The position numbers and the translations under genes were made by a program. Source: Bacteroidales bacterium (GTDB lineage: Bacteria; Bacteroidota; Bacteroidia; Bacteroidales; UBA1715). From it: a stretch of DNA of 47,089 nucleotides. The notes below the pieces were generated by a model that searched no databases, had not been told where the DNA came from, and was given only the letters and a program-made list of their open reading frames with translations. Shown here piece by piece: positions 19,784 to 31,197 of the stretch (the first letter of the stretch is position 1; the number at the start of each line of letters is the position of its first letter). The DNA is taken from assembly GCA_012519815.1 (NCBI GenBank), contig JAAYPM010000110.1:1-47089 (forward strand), read 5' to 3'.

Positions 19784-21733
19784 TTAAAATGAATATTGAA
19801 TAATACATGCGTATTGTTTTTTTTGTGCTGTGCCATACATAGCATAGTATTCGGGAATTTCGTGAGCATTGGCGTATTGTATTCTTTTTGCTTGAAATTG
19901 CACATTACATGAACGTAATACTTTACATTTCACTACAAAAAGCCATTGGGCTCCTGCGTACAGTACTTGTGGCATTGTGTATGCGTTTTGCACGGCATGT
20001 TCGTACACATATATGCGTGTATAATATGGTGCATTAAATTTTGCATAGCGAACATACACATGAATATTTTTATGTGGCTTGTATATAATATCTTGTCCTG
20101 CATAAAATCCTGTAAAAAAATCATTTTTTTGATGAGCAAACGCTTTTACGTATGCGGTTCTAAATTCCAATGTTTCATATTCATATTGAAATTGTATTGT
20201 GTGTTTTATTCTGTTATTTGTGTTTGTTTGTGCAGCATACCATTGATTTTCTGTTATTTCTGTTTTTATTTCGTATGCTATTTTATATTCAAAAGAATAA
20301 CTTCTATATTTAGTATATTTTGCAGAAAACAAGGATTCGTTTCCATACATATTTGGTGCAGTTGCTGTAGCTACGGGTCTTTGAAATCTATCATGAGCTA
20401 ATGTACAGCGTATAGAATTTGTTATATCTGTGCGTAATAACATATATAGTCCTTGTTCGTTTTGTGTATTGCTTTGTTCCTGAAATCCATGTGCCATAAA
20501 TCCTGTGTACGACGCATTGTAATTTCTCACACTTATTTGTCCTTCTATATATTGAGAAAATGTGTGTGTGATACCGTGAATTTGTGCCATACGAAATGAA
20601 TCATCAAATGCAATTTCACCATAACTATGTGTACGTTCTCCAAAATATGTGTAGTGCAAAGAATAATTTTGCATATACCATGATTTTATATTATTTGAAA
20701 TTTTTTGATGTATATATGCAGCTCCAAAGGTGCATTGTCCTACTTGTTTTTCAGCGTGCATACCATAAAGTGTATGTGTTACCTGTTTTTTATTGTACAA
20801 TTCGAGCGGAGTTCGGTGCAATCCAGTTTTGTATATTTGAAATGGTACTAACGAATCATTTTTAGCTGCACCATCAATGGCTTTTCGAGAAATAAATGGT
20901 GTAAATACAAATGTTTTATATGCGTAACTTATACCTGCTCCTCTATTATATAAATATTCATTTGTTGAAGAATGTCGTTTTAAAACAGACTGAGATGTTG
21001 TTTGAGAAAATCCCATTGATTTTGCATAAAACCCACCTTGTCGCATTGCTAAACCTTGTCCTATAGACGTTTGATAGTCGCCTACTACCAAATTTACAAT
21101 GTTTTTATAATCGCGTAATTGTATATATGCCGATGCAAAATCGTATTGTTGCGAAAACACTCCTTTTTGTGTTGCTTCGCCCATATCATTTTTAAGTTGC
21201 ACACCCCAATAGAGTTTATTATATGCTTGATAACGATATTTATACGATGATTTTAAAGCGAATCCGGGATATTTCATATAATCAGCATATAAAGAATCTG
21301 AAACTCCAAGCCAAGAATTATATGCAGAAACAGTATGTTTTCCATTGTGTATAAGCTCTTTAGATGTTCTGGATTTTTGTGTATATTCAAGTGTACACAT
21401 GCGTGCAACTAATTGTGCTGTTTCTTGTGTAAATCCAAGTACAAATTGCAACTCATATACAGTTCGAAGCGGTTTATTTTTTTGAACAAAATCAAAAAGG
21501 CTCTTTTTTTGAAATTCTGACAAGAAAAAAAACACAGAATACTCCTCAAATGTAAGAGAATTAAGAGGCAAAGGATGTGCAAACAACTCTTCAAGTTCTT
21601 GAATCTCTTCATCAGACCATTCACGGTTGCTTGTTGATATATAATGCTCTATATCAATGGATTCTATTTGGCTATATACAAAGTTTGGTACTGATATTAT
21701 CAGTGTAACAAACAAAAAAATAATTGTTTTCAG
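19784..21733 (-). CDS. Helix-hairpin-helix (ComEA-like) domain fused to a probable outer-membrane beta-barrel
   Basis: PL.LN...F.FLS..Q......K.....YELQFV.GF HhH-like segment; KND.GE, VGDY....GQGL and G.HRT motifs of this Bacteroidota family; C-terminal aromatic residue (YSF). Start uncertain (CTG 21733 or TTG 21715). Confidence 0.7.
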   Translation of the reverse strand: MKTIIFLFVTLIISVPNFVYSQIESIDIEHYISTSNREWSDEEIQELEELFAHPLPLNSLTFEEYSVFFFLSEFQKKSLFDFVQKNKPLRTVYELQFVLGFTQETAQLVARMCTLEYTQKSRTSKELIHNGKHTVSAYNSWLGVSDSLYADYMKYPGFALKSSYKYRYQAYNKLYWGVQLKNDMGEATQKGVFSQQYDFASAYIQLRDYKNIVNLVVGDYQTSIGQGLAMRQGGFYAKSMGFSQTTSQSVLKRHSSTNEYLYNRGAGISYAYKTFVFTPFISRKAIDGAAKNDSLVPFQIYKTGLHRTPLELYNKKQVTHTLYGMHAEKQVGQCTFGAAYIHQKISNNIKSWYMQNYSLHYTYFGERTHSYGEIAFDDSFRMAQIHGITHTFSQYIEGQISVRNYNASYTGFMAHGFQEQSNTQNEQGLYMLLRTDITNSIRCTLAHDRFQRPVATATAPNMYGNESLFSAKYTKYRSYSFEYKIAYEIKTEITENQWYAAQTNTNNRIKHTIQFQYEYETLEFRTAYVKAFAHQKNDFFTGFYAGQDIIYKPHKNIHVYVRYAKFNAPYYTRIYVYEHAVQNAYTMPQVLYAGAQWLFVVKCKVLRSCNVQFQAKRIQYANAHEIPEYYAMYGTAQKKQYACIIQYSF

Positions 21734-21836
21734 TGTGCGACTGTTTTAATGTCGCTAATATATATATATTTTTCAAAAGAAATATTGTTATTTTATAAAA
21801 AACACCTATTTTTATAAACGATAAAAAATTAAGATT

Positions 21837-22481
21837 ATGAAAATACGACTTTCCCTATTATTATTCCTTTTTGGAGCACCTTTATTTATATGTGCTCAAG
21901 AAGAAGCTCCCAAAAAAACAACAACTATGATGTCTGCTGGCGAAAAGCGGGCAAAAATAACAGCTCAAGCAGGATATTATAATGCCTACAATTATAATAA
22001 TGTAAAACCCGGTGAAAATTTTTCGCTTGATTTTGCATATATGTTAAGTGGCACACTATCGTTTGGGCAACATATGAATTTTGGACGAAATAGATATTAC
22101 GAACAAGAACGTTCAAATTTTCCAACCTATAACCTTTTACAAGACAGTACAAATGCTGATATTTTAACAATTCAAGTTGGTATAACTGTAGGATACACCT
22201 ATCCTCTATCGCATTTTATAAGTATTACCGCACTTACAGGATTATCAACATATTCAGAAACTATTATGTACCCTATATTTGGAAAATCTTCGAACGGAAA
22301 AGATTTATGGGGTGGATACCAACAAGAAACACGAACACTCATAGCTGTTCCTTTATTGTTGAGTGTACAATACATAATTTCACCTTCGTTTGAAATAGGA
22401 TTGCGTGGTGGTATATATGTTTCTCCTCAAGAATCGCTCATTGGTAAACATTTTGGACCACATATTAGTTTTAAATTTTAA
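21837..22481 (+). CDS. Hypothetical outer-membrane beta-barrel protein
   Basis: Signal peptide ending A|Q, alternating amphipathic strands, C-terminal ISFKF. Confidence 0.6.
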   Translation: MKIRLSLLLFLFGAPLFICAQEEAPKKTTTMMSAGEKRAKITAQAGYYNAYNYNNVKPGENFSLDFAYMLSGTLSFGQHMNFGRNRYYEQERSNFPTYNLLQDSTNADILTIQVGITVGYTYPLSHFISITALTGLSTYSETIMYPIFGKSSNGKDLWGGYQQETRTLIAVPLLLSVQYIISPSFEIGLRGGIYVSPQESLIGKHFGPHISFKF

Positions 22482-22492
22482 AGGCACCGTTT

Positions 22493-23386
22493 ATGCCTTT
22501 TTTTTCGATTATACTACCAACATATAATAGAGCACATTTTTTGCCTCGTGCCATAGAAAGTGTATTAAATCAAACATATAGTAATTTTGAATTAATTATT
22601 GTTGATGATGCCTCTACAGATGCAACACAAGATTGTATTTTAAGCTATACTGATGCAAGAATACGTTATGTAAAAAACGAGCATAATATGGAACGCTGTC
22701 ATTCACGAAATCGTGGCATACAGATGGCAAAAGGAACATATATTTGCTTTTTAGATAGCGATGATTATCATTTACCTCATCATTTAGAAACTCTCTATAA
22801 TGCTATAGTTTCATATTCATATCCGCAAGCATTATTATTTACCAATGCTTGGGACGAACAAGCGGGAAAACGCACTAAACGTGTATGTCCACCACTTAAA
22901 GAACATAATGTTTTTCATTACATTGCCACATATACATTTAATCCACAACGCATGTGTGTACATAAAACAATTTGTTCACAACATCTATTTGACCCTGCTG
23001 TGTATGTTTGCGAAGATTTGGATTTTGCGGCACGTATAGCCTGCACACATCAAATTATTCAAGTGGCAGAACGCACAACAGTATATGTGTATCATTCTGA
23101 TTCTTTTACTGGAGGCGACCCTTTAAAACCATTTAAAGAATTAGAAAATTACAGGCGAATTTTTAACAAAAAAGAATTACGAAATAAAATTCCACGCATA
23201 TCAAAATGGCGATTGTTGAGCATGTGTTATTTTCACATTGCCATTTTTCATCAAAAAAATAAGAATTATAGAAGCATGTATGCTGCAATTTTTAAATCTT
23301 TTATATTATGTCCGCGTGGATATAACAGAAAAACTAATAAAATTTTGCTTACCCTTGCTTTAAAAGGAATGTTTAAGACAATGTAA
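22493..23386 (+). CDS. Family 2 glycosyltransferase
   Basis: FSIILPTYNRA, IIVDDASTD, SRN.G, FLDSDD and ED.DF motifs. Confidence 0.93.
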   Translation: MPFFSIILPTYNRAHFLPRAIESVLNQTYSNFELIIVDDASTDATQDCILSYTDARIRYVKNEHNMERCHSRNRGIQMAKGTYICFLDSDDYHLPHHLETLYNAIVSYSYPQALLFTNAWDEQAGKRTKRVCPPLKEHNVFHYIATYTFNPQRMCVHKTICSQHLFDPAVYVCEDLDFAARIACTHQIIQVAERTTVYVYHSDSFTGGDPLKPFKELENYRRIFNKKELRNKIPRISKWRLLSMCYFHIAIFHQKNKNYRSMYAAIFKSFILCPRGYNRKTNKILLTLALKGMFKTM

Positions 23387-24185
23387 TCTTTTTTTCACGC
23401 ATTGCTTTCCACAACAGGAAAAAACCACAAAGAAAAAATGGAATACTTAAGAGTTGCCCCATATTTAGCAGCATAGTAGTTTCAAACAAAACCTGTGGTT
23501 CTTTTATACATTCAATAAGAAATCGTGTAAAGAAAATTCCTATTAAAAACACTCCCATTATAAAGGAATTTGAAAGTTTTTTTTGTGCACGCAACTGTTT
23601 CCAAGCATAATATTGTAGTATTCCAAATGTAAGCAAATACGCAAGTCCTTCATATATTTGAGTAGGATGTTTTGGAAGGGTTTCTCCCATATTCGCAAAC
23701 ACAAATCCCCATGGAACATTTGTAGGCACTCCATAAATTTCTGAATTCATAAGGTTTCCCATACGAATAAAAAAAGCAGCAAGCGGTACTACAAGCATAG
23801 CCCGAGCCATAACAGTAGCATAAGAATATTTAGATTTACGCACTACTACTAAAAATGCCAATAAAATTCCAATTGCACCGCCATGACTGGCAAGTCCACC
23901 TTCCCAGATATATAAAATAGATAGTGGATCGTGTAGATATCGAGTAGGTTCATAAAACAAACAATGTCCTAAACGTGCACCAACAATACCTCCAATAATA
24001 CTTGCAAGCGTTGCTTTTTCGAGAAGTGACAGTGGCAGTTTTTCTTTCAAAAATATTTTTTGCAACAAGAAATATGACAAAAGATATCCAATTGCAAATA
24101 AAATTCCATACCATCGCACTGCATATGATTCAGTAAATACAATAGCTTCTGGTTGTACTGTCCAAATTATAAAATTCAACATCAT
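23373..24185 (-). CDS. lgt: Prolipoprotein diacylglyceryl transferase, copy B (270 aa)
   Basis: RWYG, GARLGHC, WEGGLASHGG, RMGNLMNSEIYG, HPTQIYE, RFLIE and MGQLLS motifs. Confidence 0.93.
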   Translation of the reverse strand: MMLNFIIWTVQPEAIVFTESYAVRWYGILFAIGYLLSYFLLQKIFLKEKLPLSLLEKATLASIIGGIVGARLGHCLFYEPTRYLHDPLSILYIWEGGLASHGGAIGILLAFLVVVRKSKYSYATVMARAMLVVPLAAFFIRMGNLMNSEIYGVPTNVPWGFVFANMGETLPKHPTQIYEGLAYLLTFGILQYYAWKQLRAQKKLSNSFIMGVFLIGIFFTRFLIECIKEPQVLFETTMLLNMGQLLSIPFFLCGFFLLWKAMREKKITLS

Positions 24186-25201
24186 TTTTGCGTAGGTTTA
24201 AAATGCACAAAATGGCGATACAGCAAAAACAATCCAAATAAAATAAACGGAATACTCAGCCATTGTCCCATATTAAGATGCATCGTTTGTTCAAATGCAA
24301 CTTGATCATTTTTAATAAATTCAATGAAAAAACGAAACACAAAAATCATTGTCAATGTAATACCGAGTAAAAAATTGTCAGAAAGCGGTAATTCCTTAGA
24401 AATGCGTGATTTATAATAATACATCAAACATGCAAGTGTAAAGAAATACATAGCAGCCTCATATATTTGCGTAGGGTGATGTGCCGAAAGAAGGCGTGCC
24501 GACATAAAAGAATCCACTAACTTTGGAAGCGAATCAGGAATAATATATTTTTGTTGAATCAACACTTCAGAAATTTCGGCAAACGGCACACCGCGTTGAA
24601 AATTATGAGTGTACATTTCAAAAAACTCTGCAATATGCGTTTGCATTCCCGACACAACTGCTCCCGAATTTATTACCGCATTTGTAAGAACTTCAGGAGT
24701 TGCAGTAATAATAGCATCACGCACAAACACAAACGACCATGGTAAAGAACTTGCAATTCCATAAATTTCAGAATTCATAAGATTTCCTAAGCGCACCATT
24801 CCCGCAGTAAAAGGTATTACAATAGCGGCACGTGAAGCAATCCATAAAAACGACCGTTTTGTTCGATGTGCAAACACATAAAAAGCAAGCAACAAGCCTA
24901 CTGCACCGCCATGGCTGGCAAGTCCACCTTCCCAGATATATAGAATTCTAATTGGATTTGCCAAATATTCAGCAGGTTCGTAAAACAAACAATGTCCTAA
25001 ACGCAAACCTATAATAAGAAAAACAAATACTAAAAATGTAAAATTATCTACCTCTTTTTGTTTTAAGCCATCACGCACTAATATTTTATTTAACATAGTA
25101 TATGATGCAAAAAAGCCAAGAGCAAAGAACAAACCATACCAACGAACACCAAATCCTTCAATAATTGCGGGTTCTACATTCCAAATAATATAATTGAGCA
25201 T
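24182..25201 (-). CDS. lgt: Prolipoprotein diacylglyceryl transferase, copy A (339 aa, with insertion)
   Basis: Same Lgt motifs, with an extra about 70 aa between PW..VF and HPTQIYE. Confidence 0.92.
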   Translation of the reverse strand: MLNYIIWNVEPAIIEGFGVRWYGLFFALGFFASYTMLNKILVRDGLKQKEVDNFTFLVFVFLIIGLRLGHCLFYEPAEYLANPIRILYIWEGGLASHGGAVGLLLAFYVFAHRTKRSFLWIASRAAIVIPFTAGMVRLGNLMNSEIYGIASSLPWSFVFVRDAIITATPEVLTNAVINSGAVVSGMQTHIAEFFEMYTHNFQRGVPFAEISEVLIQQKYIIPDSLPKLVDSFMSARLLSAHHPTQIYEAAMYFFTLACLMYYYKSRISKELPLSDNFLLGITLTMIFVFRFFIEFIKNDQVAFEQTMHLNMGQWLSIPFILFGLFLLYRHFVHFKPTQK

Positions 25202-25216
25202 GGTTTATAATTTATA

Positions 25217-26662
25217 TTAATATCTATAATGATTTGCCTTATACGGACCTTCCACCGGAACACCTATATATTCAGCTTGATCTTGTGTTAGTGTTGTTAA
25301 TTTCACTCCTAATTTATCAAGATGCAAACGAGCCACTTTTTCGTCTAAAATTTTAGGCAAGGTGTACACTTTATTTTCATATGTTCCTTGTTTTGTGAAC
25401 AATTCTATTTGAGCCAGCACTTGATTTGTAAACGAAGCAGACATCACAAAACTTGGGTGTCCTGTTGCACAGCCAAGATTTAACAAACGCCCTTCGGCAA
25501 GAATTAACACACTATGCCCATCAGGGAATGTCCATTTATCATATTGAGGTTTAATGTTGGTACGTATAATTCCAGGAATTTTAGCAAGTTCAGCCATTTG
25601 AATTTCATTATCAAAATGACCAATATTTCCAACAATAGCCATGTTTTTCATAGCTTTCATATGTTCAGCCGTAATTATATCTTTATTACCAGTAGTAGTA
25701 ATAAAAATATCAGCATATTCGAGCGTATCTTCAATAGTAAGCACTTCATATCCTTCCATTGCAGCTTGCAGAGCACAAATTGGGTCAATTTCGGTAATAA
25801 TAACCCGTGCACCTTGTCCTTTTAATGATTGTGCACTACCTTTCCCCACATCGCCGTAGCCACACACCACCGCAATTTTACCTGCAAGCATCACATCAGA
25901 TGCTCGCATAATACCATCAGTTAGTGAATGTCGGCATCCGTATAAATTATCAAATTTTGATTTTGTAACCGAATCATTTACATTTATAGCAGGAAACGGC
26001 AACAATCCTTTTTCAGCAATTTGGTATAATCTATGAACGCCCGTTGTAGTTTCCTCAGAAACACCTTTAATTTCGGCACGCATATTTGTCCATTGCAAAG
26101 GATTTTGTTTCATTGTTTTTCTACATAATTCAAGAAACACCCCCCATTCTTCAGAATCTTTATTTGGGTCAAAATCTGGCACTTTGCCAGCAGCTTCAAA
26201 TTCAGCACCTTTAATCACAAGCATAGTAGCATCGCCCCCATCATCAAGGATAAGATTTGGACCTTTTCCATCTGGCCACAATAAGGCTTGAGCGGTACAC
26301 CACCAATATTCGGTTAAAGTTTCACCTTTCCACGCATATACAGGAACACCTTTAGGACTATTTATCGTTCCACTTTTTCCAACCACCGTTGCAGCCGCTG
26401 CGTGGTCTTGTGTAGAAAAAATATTACATGAAACCCAACGTACATCAGCACCAAGTTGCACTAAAGTTTCAATTAAAACCGCTGTTTGCACTGTCATATG
26501 CAATGAACCCATAATACGTGCCCCTGCAAGCGGTTTTTGACCAGCATATTCCTTACGTAAAGCCATTAATCCTGGCATTTCAATTTCTGCAAGATCTAAT
26601 TCTTTTCGTCCCCAATCTGCAAGAGAAATATCAGCAATTTTATAATCAATATTTTTGTTCAT
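25217..26662 (-). CDS. ahcY: Adenosylhomocysteinase
   Basis: [47 protein letters not shown] and GCATGHP motifs. Confidence 0.98.
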   Translation of the reverse strand: MNKNIDYKIADISLADWGRKELDLAEIEMPGLMALRKEYAGQKPLAGARIMGSLHMTVQTAVLIETLVQLGADVRWVSCNIFSTQDHAAAATVVGKSGTINSPKGVPVYAWKGETLTEYWWCTAQALLWPDGKGPNLILDDGGDATMLVIKGAEFEAAGKVPDFDPNKDSEEWGVFLELCRKTMKQNPLQWTNMRAEIKGVSEETTTGVHRLYQIAEKGLLPFPAINVNDSVTKSKFDNLYGCRHSLTDGIMRASDVMLAGKIAVVCGYGDVGKGSAQSLKGQGARVIITEIDPICALQAAMEGYEVLTIEDTLEYADIFITTTGNKDIITAEHMKAMKNMAIVGNIGHFDNEIQMAELAKIPGIIRTNIKPQYDKWTFPDGHSVLILAEGRLLNLGCATGHPSFVMSASFTNQVLAQIELFTKQGTYENKVYTLPKILDEKVARLHLDKLGVKLTTLTQDQAEYIGVPVEGPYKANHYRY

Positions 26663-26679
26663 GTATATATACTTTTTAA

Positions 26680-27990
26680 TTAGAATAAATTTTTGTGTAA
26701 AGAACGCAATGCTTTTTCTTTATTGTTAGAATCTATGACTATTGACATATTATGGCGACTTCCTCCGTACGAAATCATACGAACCGAAATATTATCTAAC
26801 GCTTGCATAACTTCAAGTGCATGCCCTTTTTCTTCAGCAATCATATTCCCCACAATACACACAATTGTTTGATTTTTATCAACCTCAACAGCACCAAGCA
26901 CTTTAAGTTCATCAACAATTTGTGCAAGATAATCCTCTTTATCAATTGTAAGCGAAATAGCCACTTCCGAAGTAGTAATTACATCAATAGGAGTTTTATA
27001 TTTTTCGAATATTTCAAATACTTTTCGTAAAAAACCATACGCCAGCAACATTCGTCCCGATTTAATTTTTATAACCGTTACCGAATCTTTTGCAGCAATT
27101 GCCTTAATTCCTGTACCACTTATTTTATTTGAAATAAGAGTTCCTTTTCCTGTTGGATTTATAGTGTTTTTTAGAAGTACTGGAATGTTTTTAAGTTTTG
27201 CGGGCAACACCGTTGAAGGATGAAGAATTTTTGCTCCAAAATATGCAAGTTCGGCAGCCTCGTCAAACGAAAGTTCGGCAATAGGTTTTGTGTTTTGCAC
27301 AATTCTGGGGTCATTATTATGCACCCCGTCAATATCTGTCCAAATTTCCACAACACTTGCCTGCACAGCGGCACCAATAAGAGATGCTGAATAATCGCTT
27401 CCGCCACGTTTTAAATTATCAATTTCATTACGAGGATTTATACAAATAAAACCTTGCGTAATAAACAAAGTAGTAGAAGGATATTGAGCAAGTATAGCTG
27501 AAAGTCTTGTTTCAATTTCAGACAAAATTGGTTCGCTATCATTGTCAACATACATAAAATCGAGAGCATTTAACAGTACCGAAGGAATATTTTGTTCTTC
27601 GTGATATAGTTGAATCAAATTTGTTGAAAGTATTTCACCACGTGCAACAATAGATTTTTCAACTGCAATTGAAAATGGTTTATTAGCAAAATTTCTAATT
27701 TCTTTAAATTCTGCTAAAATTATCTCCTTTGCTTTTTCTCTAAAATGCTCTGTTTCTATCAGTTCGTTAATAACTTCCACATACTTTTTTTCAAGATTAG
27801 AAATAACTGTATGTGCACCATCAAAATTATCTTTTGAATAATAATCACAAATTTCGAATAAAGAATTTGTTGTTTGAGACATTGCTGAGCAAACAACTAT
27901 TCGTTTTGTTCCATCGTTAATTAATAACGATACATTTTTAATACGTTCGGGTGTTCCGACAGACGTACCACCAAATTTTGATATTTTCAT
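26680..27990 (-). CDS. lysC: Aspartate kinase
   Basis: [22 protein letters not shown]...[18 protein letters not shown] and C-terminal ACT domains. -7 box TACTTTTG at 28016-28023. Confidence 0.95.
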   Translation of the reverse strand: MKISKFGGTSVGTPERIKNVSLLINDGTKRIVVCSAMSQTTNSLFEICDYYSKDNFDGAHTVISNLEKKYVEVINELIETEHFREKAKEIILAEFKEIRNFANKPFSIAVEKSIVARGEILSTNLIQLYHEEQNIPSVLLNALDFMYVDNDSEPILSEIETRLSAILAQYPSTTLFITQGFICINPRNEIDNLKRGGSDYSASLIGAAVQASVVEIWTDIDGVHNNDPRIVQNTKPIAELSFDEAAELAYFGAKILHPSTVLPAKLKNIPVLLKNTINPTGKGTLISNKISGTGIKAIAAKDSVTVIKIKSGRMLLAYGFLRKVFEIFEKYKTPIDVITTSEVAISLTIDKEDYLAQIVDELKVLGAVEVDKNQTIVCIVGNMIAEEKGHALEVMQALDNISVRMISYGGSRHNMSIVIDSNNKEKALRSLHKNLF

Positions 27991-28129
27991 ATGTCATGTA
28001 CACTATAAATTCATACAAAAGTAACAATTCAAATTTATATTAAAAAAAGATTTTTTACACACTTAGAATAAAAAATTAAATCATTAGTTTTTACAATATC
28101 ACAAGCAATTACATTAAAATAATTAATGT

Positions 28130-28744
28130 TTATTTTTTAATGCTTTTTGTATATCGCTCATTCATAAGCGATAATACATCTTGTGTAATATTAAAACTTT
28201 CTGATGCATCTAAAATAGCCGCATTATTTAAAATCATTTTAAATCGCATGTCGGCATTGTATGTTTTAATGGTTGCTTGTACACTATCAAGTAATTGTAC
28301 CATAAGCGATTGCTCGTGATGTGCAAGTTCTGCACCTTTAGCCTGTTGCTGTTGTACTAATTGCTCTTGTTTTTTCTGTAATTCCATTTGTTTTGTTTCT
28401 GCAGCACGAGACGTAATAAGTCCGTTTTGAGCATTGTACTGAAATTCAGACACTTCTTTTTCGAATGCAGCAGCTTTTTGTTGTAAAATAGTTTCTTCTT
28501 TTTTTACAAGTACCTCGTATTGTTTTTCAAGAATTTTATAATATTCATAATTTTGCATTAACGAATCAAAATTAACATACGCAATAGGAAATACTTGCAT
28601 TGTAGAGTCGCTGTACACAATATGTTGTGATTGTGGTGCACGCTGCATAGCTGTTTCGGGAGTTTTTTTGTTTGCAACCAAAATAAATAATAGTGCAATA
28701 GCAAAACCGAAAATAATAGTAATAATAGTTTGAGAGTTTTTCAT
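28130..28744 (-). CDS. OmpH/Skp-family periplasmic chaperone
   Basis: IAYVNFDSL...Y, Gln-rich coiled coil, NIT..V...MN..Y. Confidence 0.85.
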   Translation of the reverse strand: MKNSQTIITIIFGFAIALLFILVANKKTPETAMQRAPQSQHIVYSDSTMQVFPIAYVNFDSLMQNYEYYKILEKQYEVLVKKEETILQQKAAAFEKEVSEFQYNAQNGLITSRAAETKQMELQKKQEQLVQQQQAKGAELAHHEQSLMVQLLDSVQATIKTYNADMRFKMILNNAAILDASESFNITQDVLSLMNERYTKSIKK

Positions 28745-28755
28745 AATTAAAAATA

Positions 28756-29199
28756 TTATCGTTTGTTTTTAAAAAATGTTTGTAATAATTGTTCACTTTC
28801 CTCTGCTAAAATGCCTCCTTGTATAGTAGTTTTAGGATGCAATAGAGAAGTTTTTATACTTTGAAAGCCACGTTTTGGGTCAGAAGCACCGTACACAATT
28901 CGTCCTACATGCACCCAAAATGACGCTCCTGCACACATAACGCAAGGTTCAAGAGTTACATATAAAGTTGCATCTTGCAAATATTTTCCTCCAAGAAAAT
29001 CTGTAGCTGCGGTAAACGCTTGCATTTCTGCATGGGCAGTGGGGTCGTGTAATGTTTCGGTTAAGTTATGTGCACGAGCAATAATTTGATTTTTGCATAC
29101 AATAACAGCTCCTATAGGCACCTCATCTTTTTCAAAAGCTTGTTGAGCTTGCAAAAGTGCTTGTTTCATAAATTGTTCGTCGTGCTGTGTTGTATTCAT
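28756..29199 (-). CDS. tadA: tRNA adenosine deaminase (TadA-like)
   Basis: EVPIGAV, HN.TE...DPTAHAE and TLEPC.MC motifs. Confidence 0.88.
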   Translation of the reverse strand: MNTTQHDEQFMKQALLQAQQAFEKDEVPIGAVIVCKNQIIARAHNLTETLHDPTAHAEMQAFTAATDFLGGKYLQDATLYVTLEPCVMCAGASFWVHVGRIVYGASDPKRGFQSIKTSLLHPKTTIQGGILAEESEQLLQTFFKNKR

Positions 29200-30959
29200 T
29201 CTTTACTATCTTTTTTATGAATAATTAAACACAGTTCATCTAATTGTTCTTGCGAAATATGTGTAGGCGATTCTGCCATAAGATCTTTTGCCGCATTATT
29301 TTTTGGGAATGCAATCACATCTCGAATAGAATCGCATCCGCTTAGAATAGACACAAATCTATCAAAACCAAATGCTAACCCACCATGCGGAGGAGCACCA
29401 TATTTAAAAGCTCCCATAAGAAATCCAAATTGCTGTTGTGCTTGTTCAGGCGTAAATCCTAAGATTGAAAACATTTTAGCTTGCAATTTTGCATCATAAA
29501 TACGAATAGATCCGCCACCTATTTCACTTCCGTTTACCACAAAATCGTATGCATTAGCACGCACATCTTTTGGATTTGTATCAAGTAATGCAATATCTTC
29601 GGGTTTTGGCGAAGTAAATGGGTGATGTTTTGCATATAATCGTTGCGTTTCGTCGTCCCATTCAAACAGTGGAAAATCAACAACCCACAAAGGAGCAAAT
29701 ACATCTTTATTTCGTAATCCTAATCTATTTCCCATTTCTATACGTAGTTCTCCTAATGCTGTAAGAGTAGCATTTGTGTCGCCCGATAAAATCAACATTA
29801 AATCGCCTTTTTCAATCGAATATTGTTTACACACAGCATATAATTGTTCGGGAGTAAAAAATTTATGTATAGACGATTTTATAGTTCCATCGTTCTCATG
29901 TTTTATATACACCAATCCTTTTGCTCCAATTTGTGGGCGTTTAACCCATTCTGTGAGAGCATCAAGTTCTTTTCGTGAATAATCGGCACATGATTTTACA
30001 ACAATTCCGCCTATGTATTGTGCTTGTTCAAAAACTATAAATTCAGAACCTTTGAAGGATTTTGTAAGATTCTGTATTGTCATTTCAAAACGAATATCAG
30101 GTTTATCAGAACCATACATATTCATAGCGTCAGCATAGGTGATATGTGGAAAATCTTCTTGAAAATGAATATTTTTTGCCTGTGCAAAAATATATTTTGC
30201 CAACCCTTCAAACATTGAAACAACATCTTTTTGTTCAACAAACGACATTTCACAATCAATTTGTGTAAACTCTGGTTGTCTATCGGCACGTAAATCCTCG
30301 TCTCGAAAACATTTTACAATTTGAAAATATTTATCTATCCCGCCCACCATAAGTAGTTGTTTAAACAATTGTGGTGATTGCGGTAAGGCATAAAATTGCC
30401 CTGGCCACACACGCGAAGGAACCACAAAATCTCGTGCTCCTTCAGGAGTAGAACCAATAAGAACAGGTGTTTCAACCTCAATAAAACCTTGTTTGTCAAG
30501 ATAGTTTCTAATAGCAAGAGCCATTGTATGACGCAACAACAAATTGTTTTTTATAGGATTTCTTCGAATATCCAAATAGCGATATTTCATACGTAATTCT
30601 TCACCGCCATCAGATTCATTTTCGATAGTAAACGGGGGAGTTTCAGACTCGTTAAGAATAGTAATTTCTTTACAATCTACTTCAATTTCGCCAGTAGGAA
30701 TTGTAGTGTTTTTATTTTCGCGTTCAATAACAACTCCCGAAATTTGTACCACAAATTCCCGTCCGAGTTTATTACATTGTTCTTGTAAATCATGGTTTTT
30801 ATTGCCATTTGCAGCAATTTGTGTTATGCCATATCTATCCCGAAGGTCAACAAATGTCATACCTCCCATTTTCCTTACTCGTTGTACCCAACCACTGAGT
30901 GTAACATTTTTAGAAACATCAGTAATACGTAATTCACCGCAAGTATGAGTTCGAAACAT
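29196..30959 (-). CDS. aspS: Aspartate--tRNA ligase
   Basis: [50 protein letters not shown] and GAPPHGG motifs. -7 box TATTTTTG at 30985-30992. Confidence 0.98.
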   Translation of the reverse strand: MFRTHTCGELRITDVSKNVTLSGWVQRVRKMGGMTFVDLRDRYGITQIAANGNKNHDLQEQCNKLGREFVVQISGVVIERENKNTTIPTGEIEVDCKEITILNESETPPFTIENESDGGEELRMKYRYLDIRRNPIKNNLLLRHTMALAIRNYLDKQGFIEVETPVLIGSTPEGARDFVVPSRVWPGQFYALPQSPQLFKQLLMVGGIDKYFQIVKCFRDEDLRADRQPEFTQIDCEMSFVEQKDVVSMFEGLAKYIFAQAKNIHFQEDFPHITYADAMNMYGSDKPDIRFEMTIQNLTKSFKGSEFIVFEQAQYIGGIVVKSCADYSRKELDALTEWVKRPQIGAKGLVYIKHENDGTIKSSIHKFFTPEQLYAVCKQYSIEKGDLMLILSGDTNATLTALGELRIEMGNRLGLRNKDVFAPLWVVDFPLFEWDDETQRLYAKHHPFTSPKPEDIALLDTNPKDVRANAYDFVVNGSEIGGGSIRIYDAKLQAKMFSILGFTPEQAQQQFGFLMGAFKYGAPPHGGLAFGFDRFVSILSGCDSIRDVIAFPKNNAAKDLMAESPTHISQEQLDELCLIIHKKDSKE

Positions 30960-31197
30960 ATTTTGTTATTTTTAAATTGATGTGCAAAAATACTAAAAAT
31001 GCAGCAAGTACAAGTATTTATATTGCATGAAAATACTTTATATCAAAAATAAAATACATGCTTTGTTATAATTATAAAAATGAAATGTGTACTTGTTTCT
31101 TTTTTATATAAAATAGTGAATTGTATGTAAGGATAATTTAGTGAAATTATTAAAAAACCACTATTTTTAGAAGAATTTCTGCATATTCTTTTTTACG

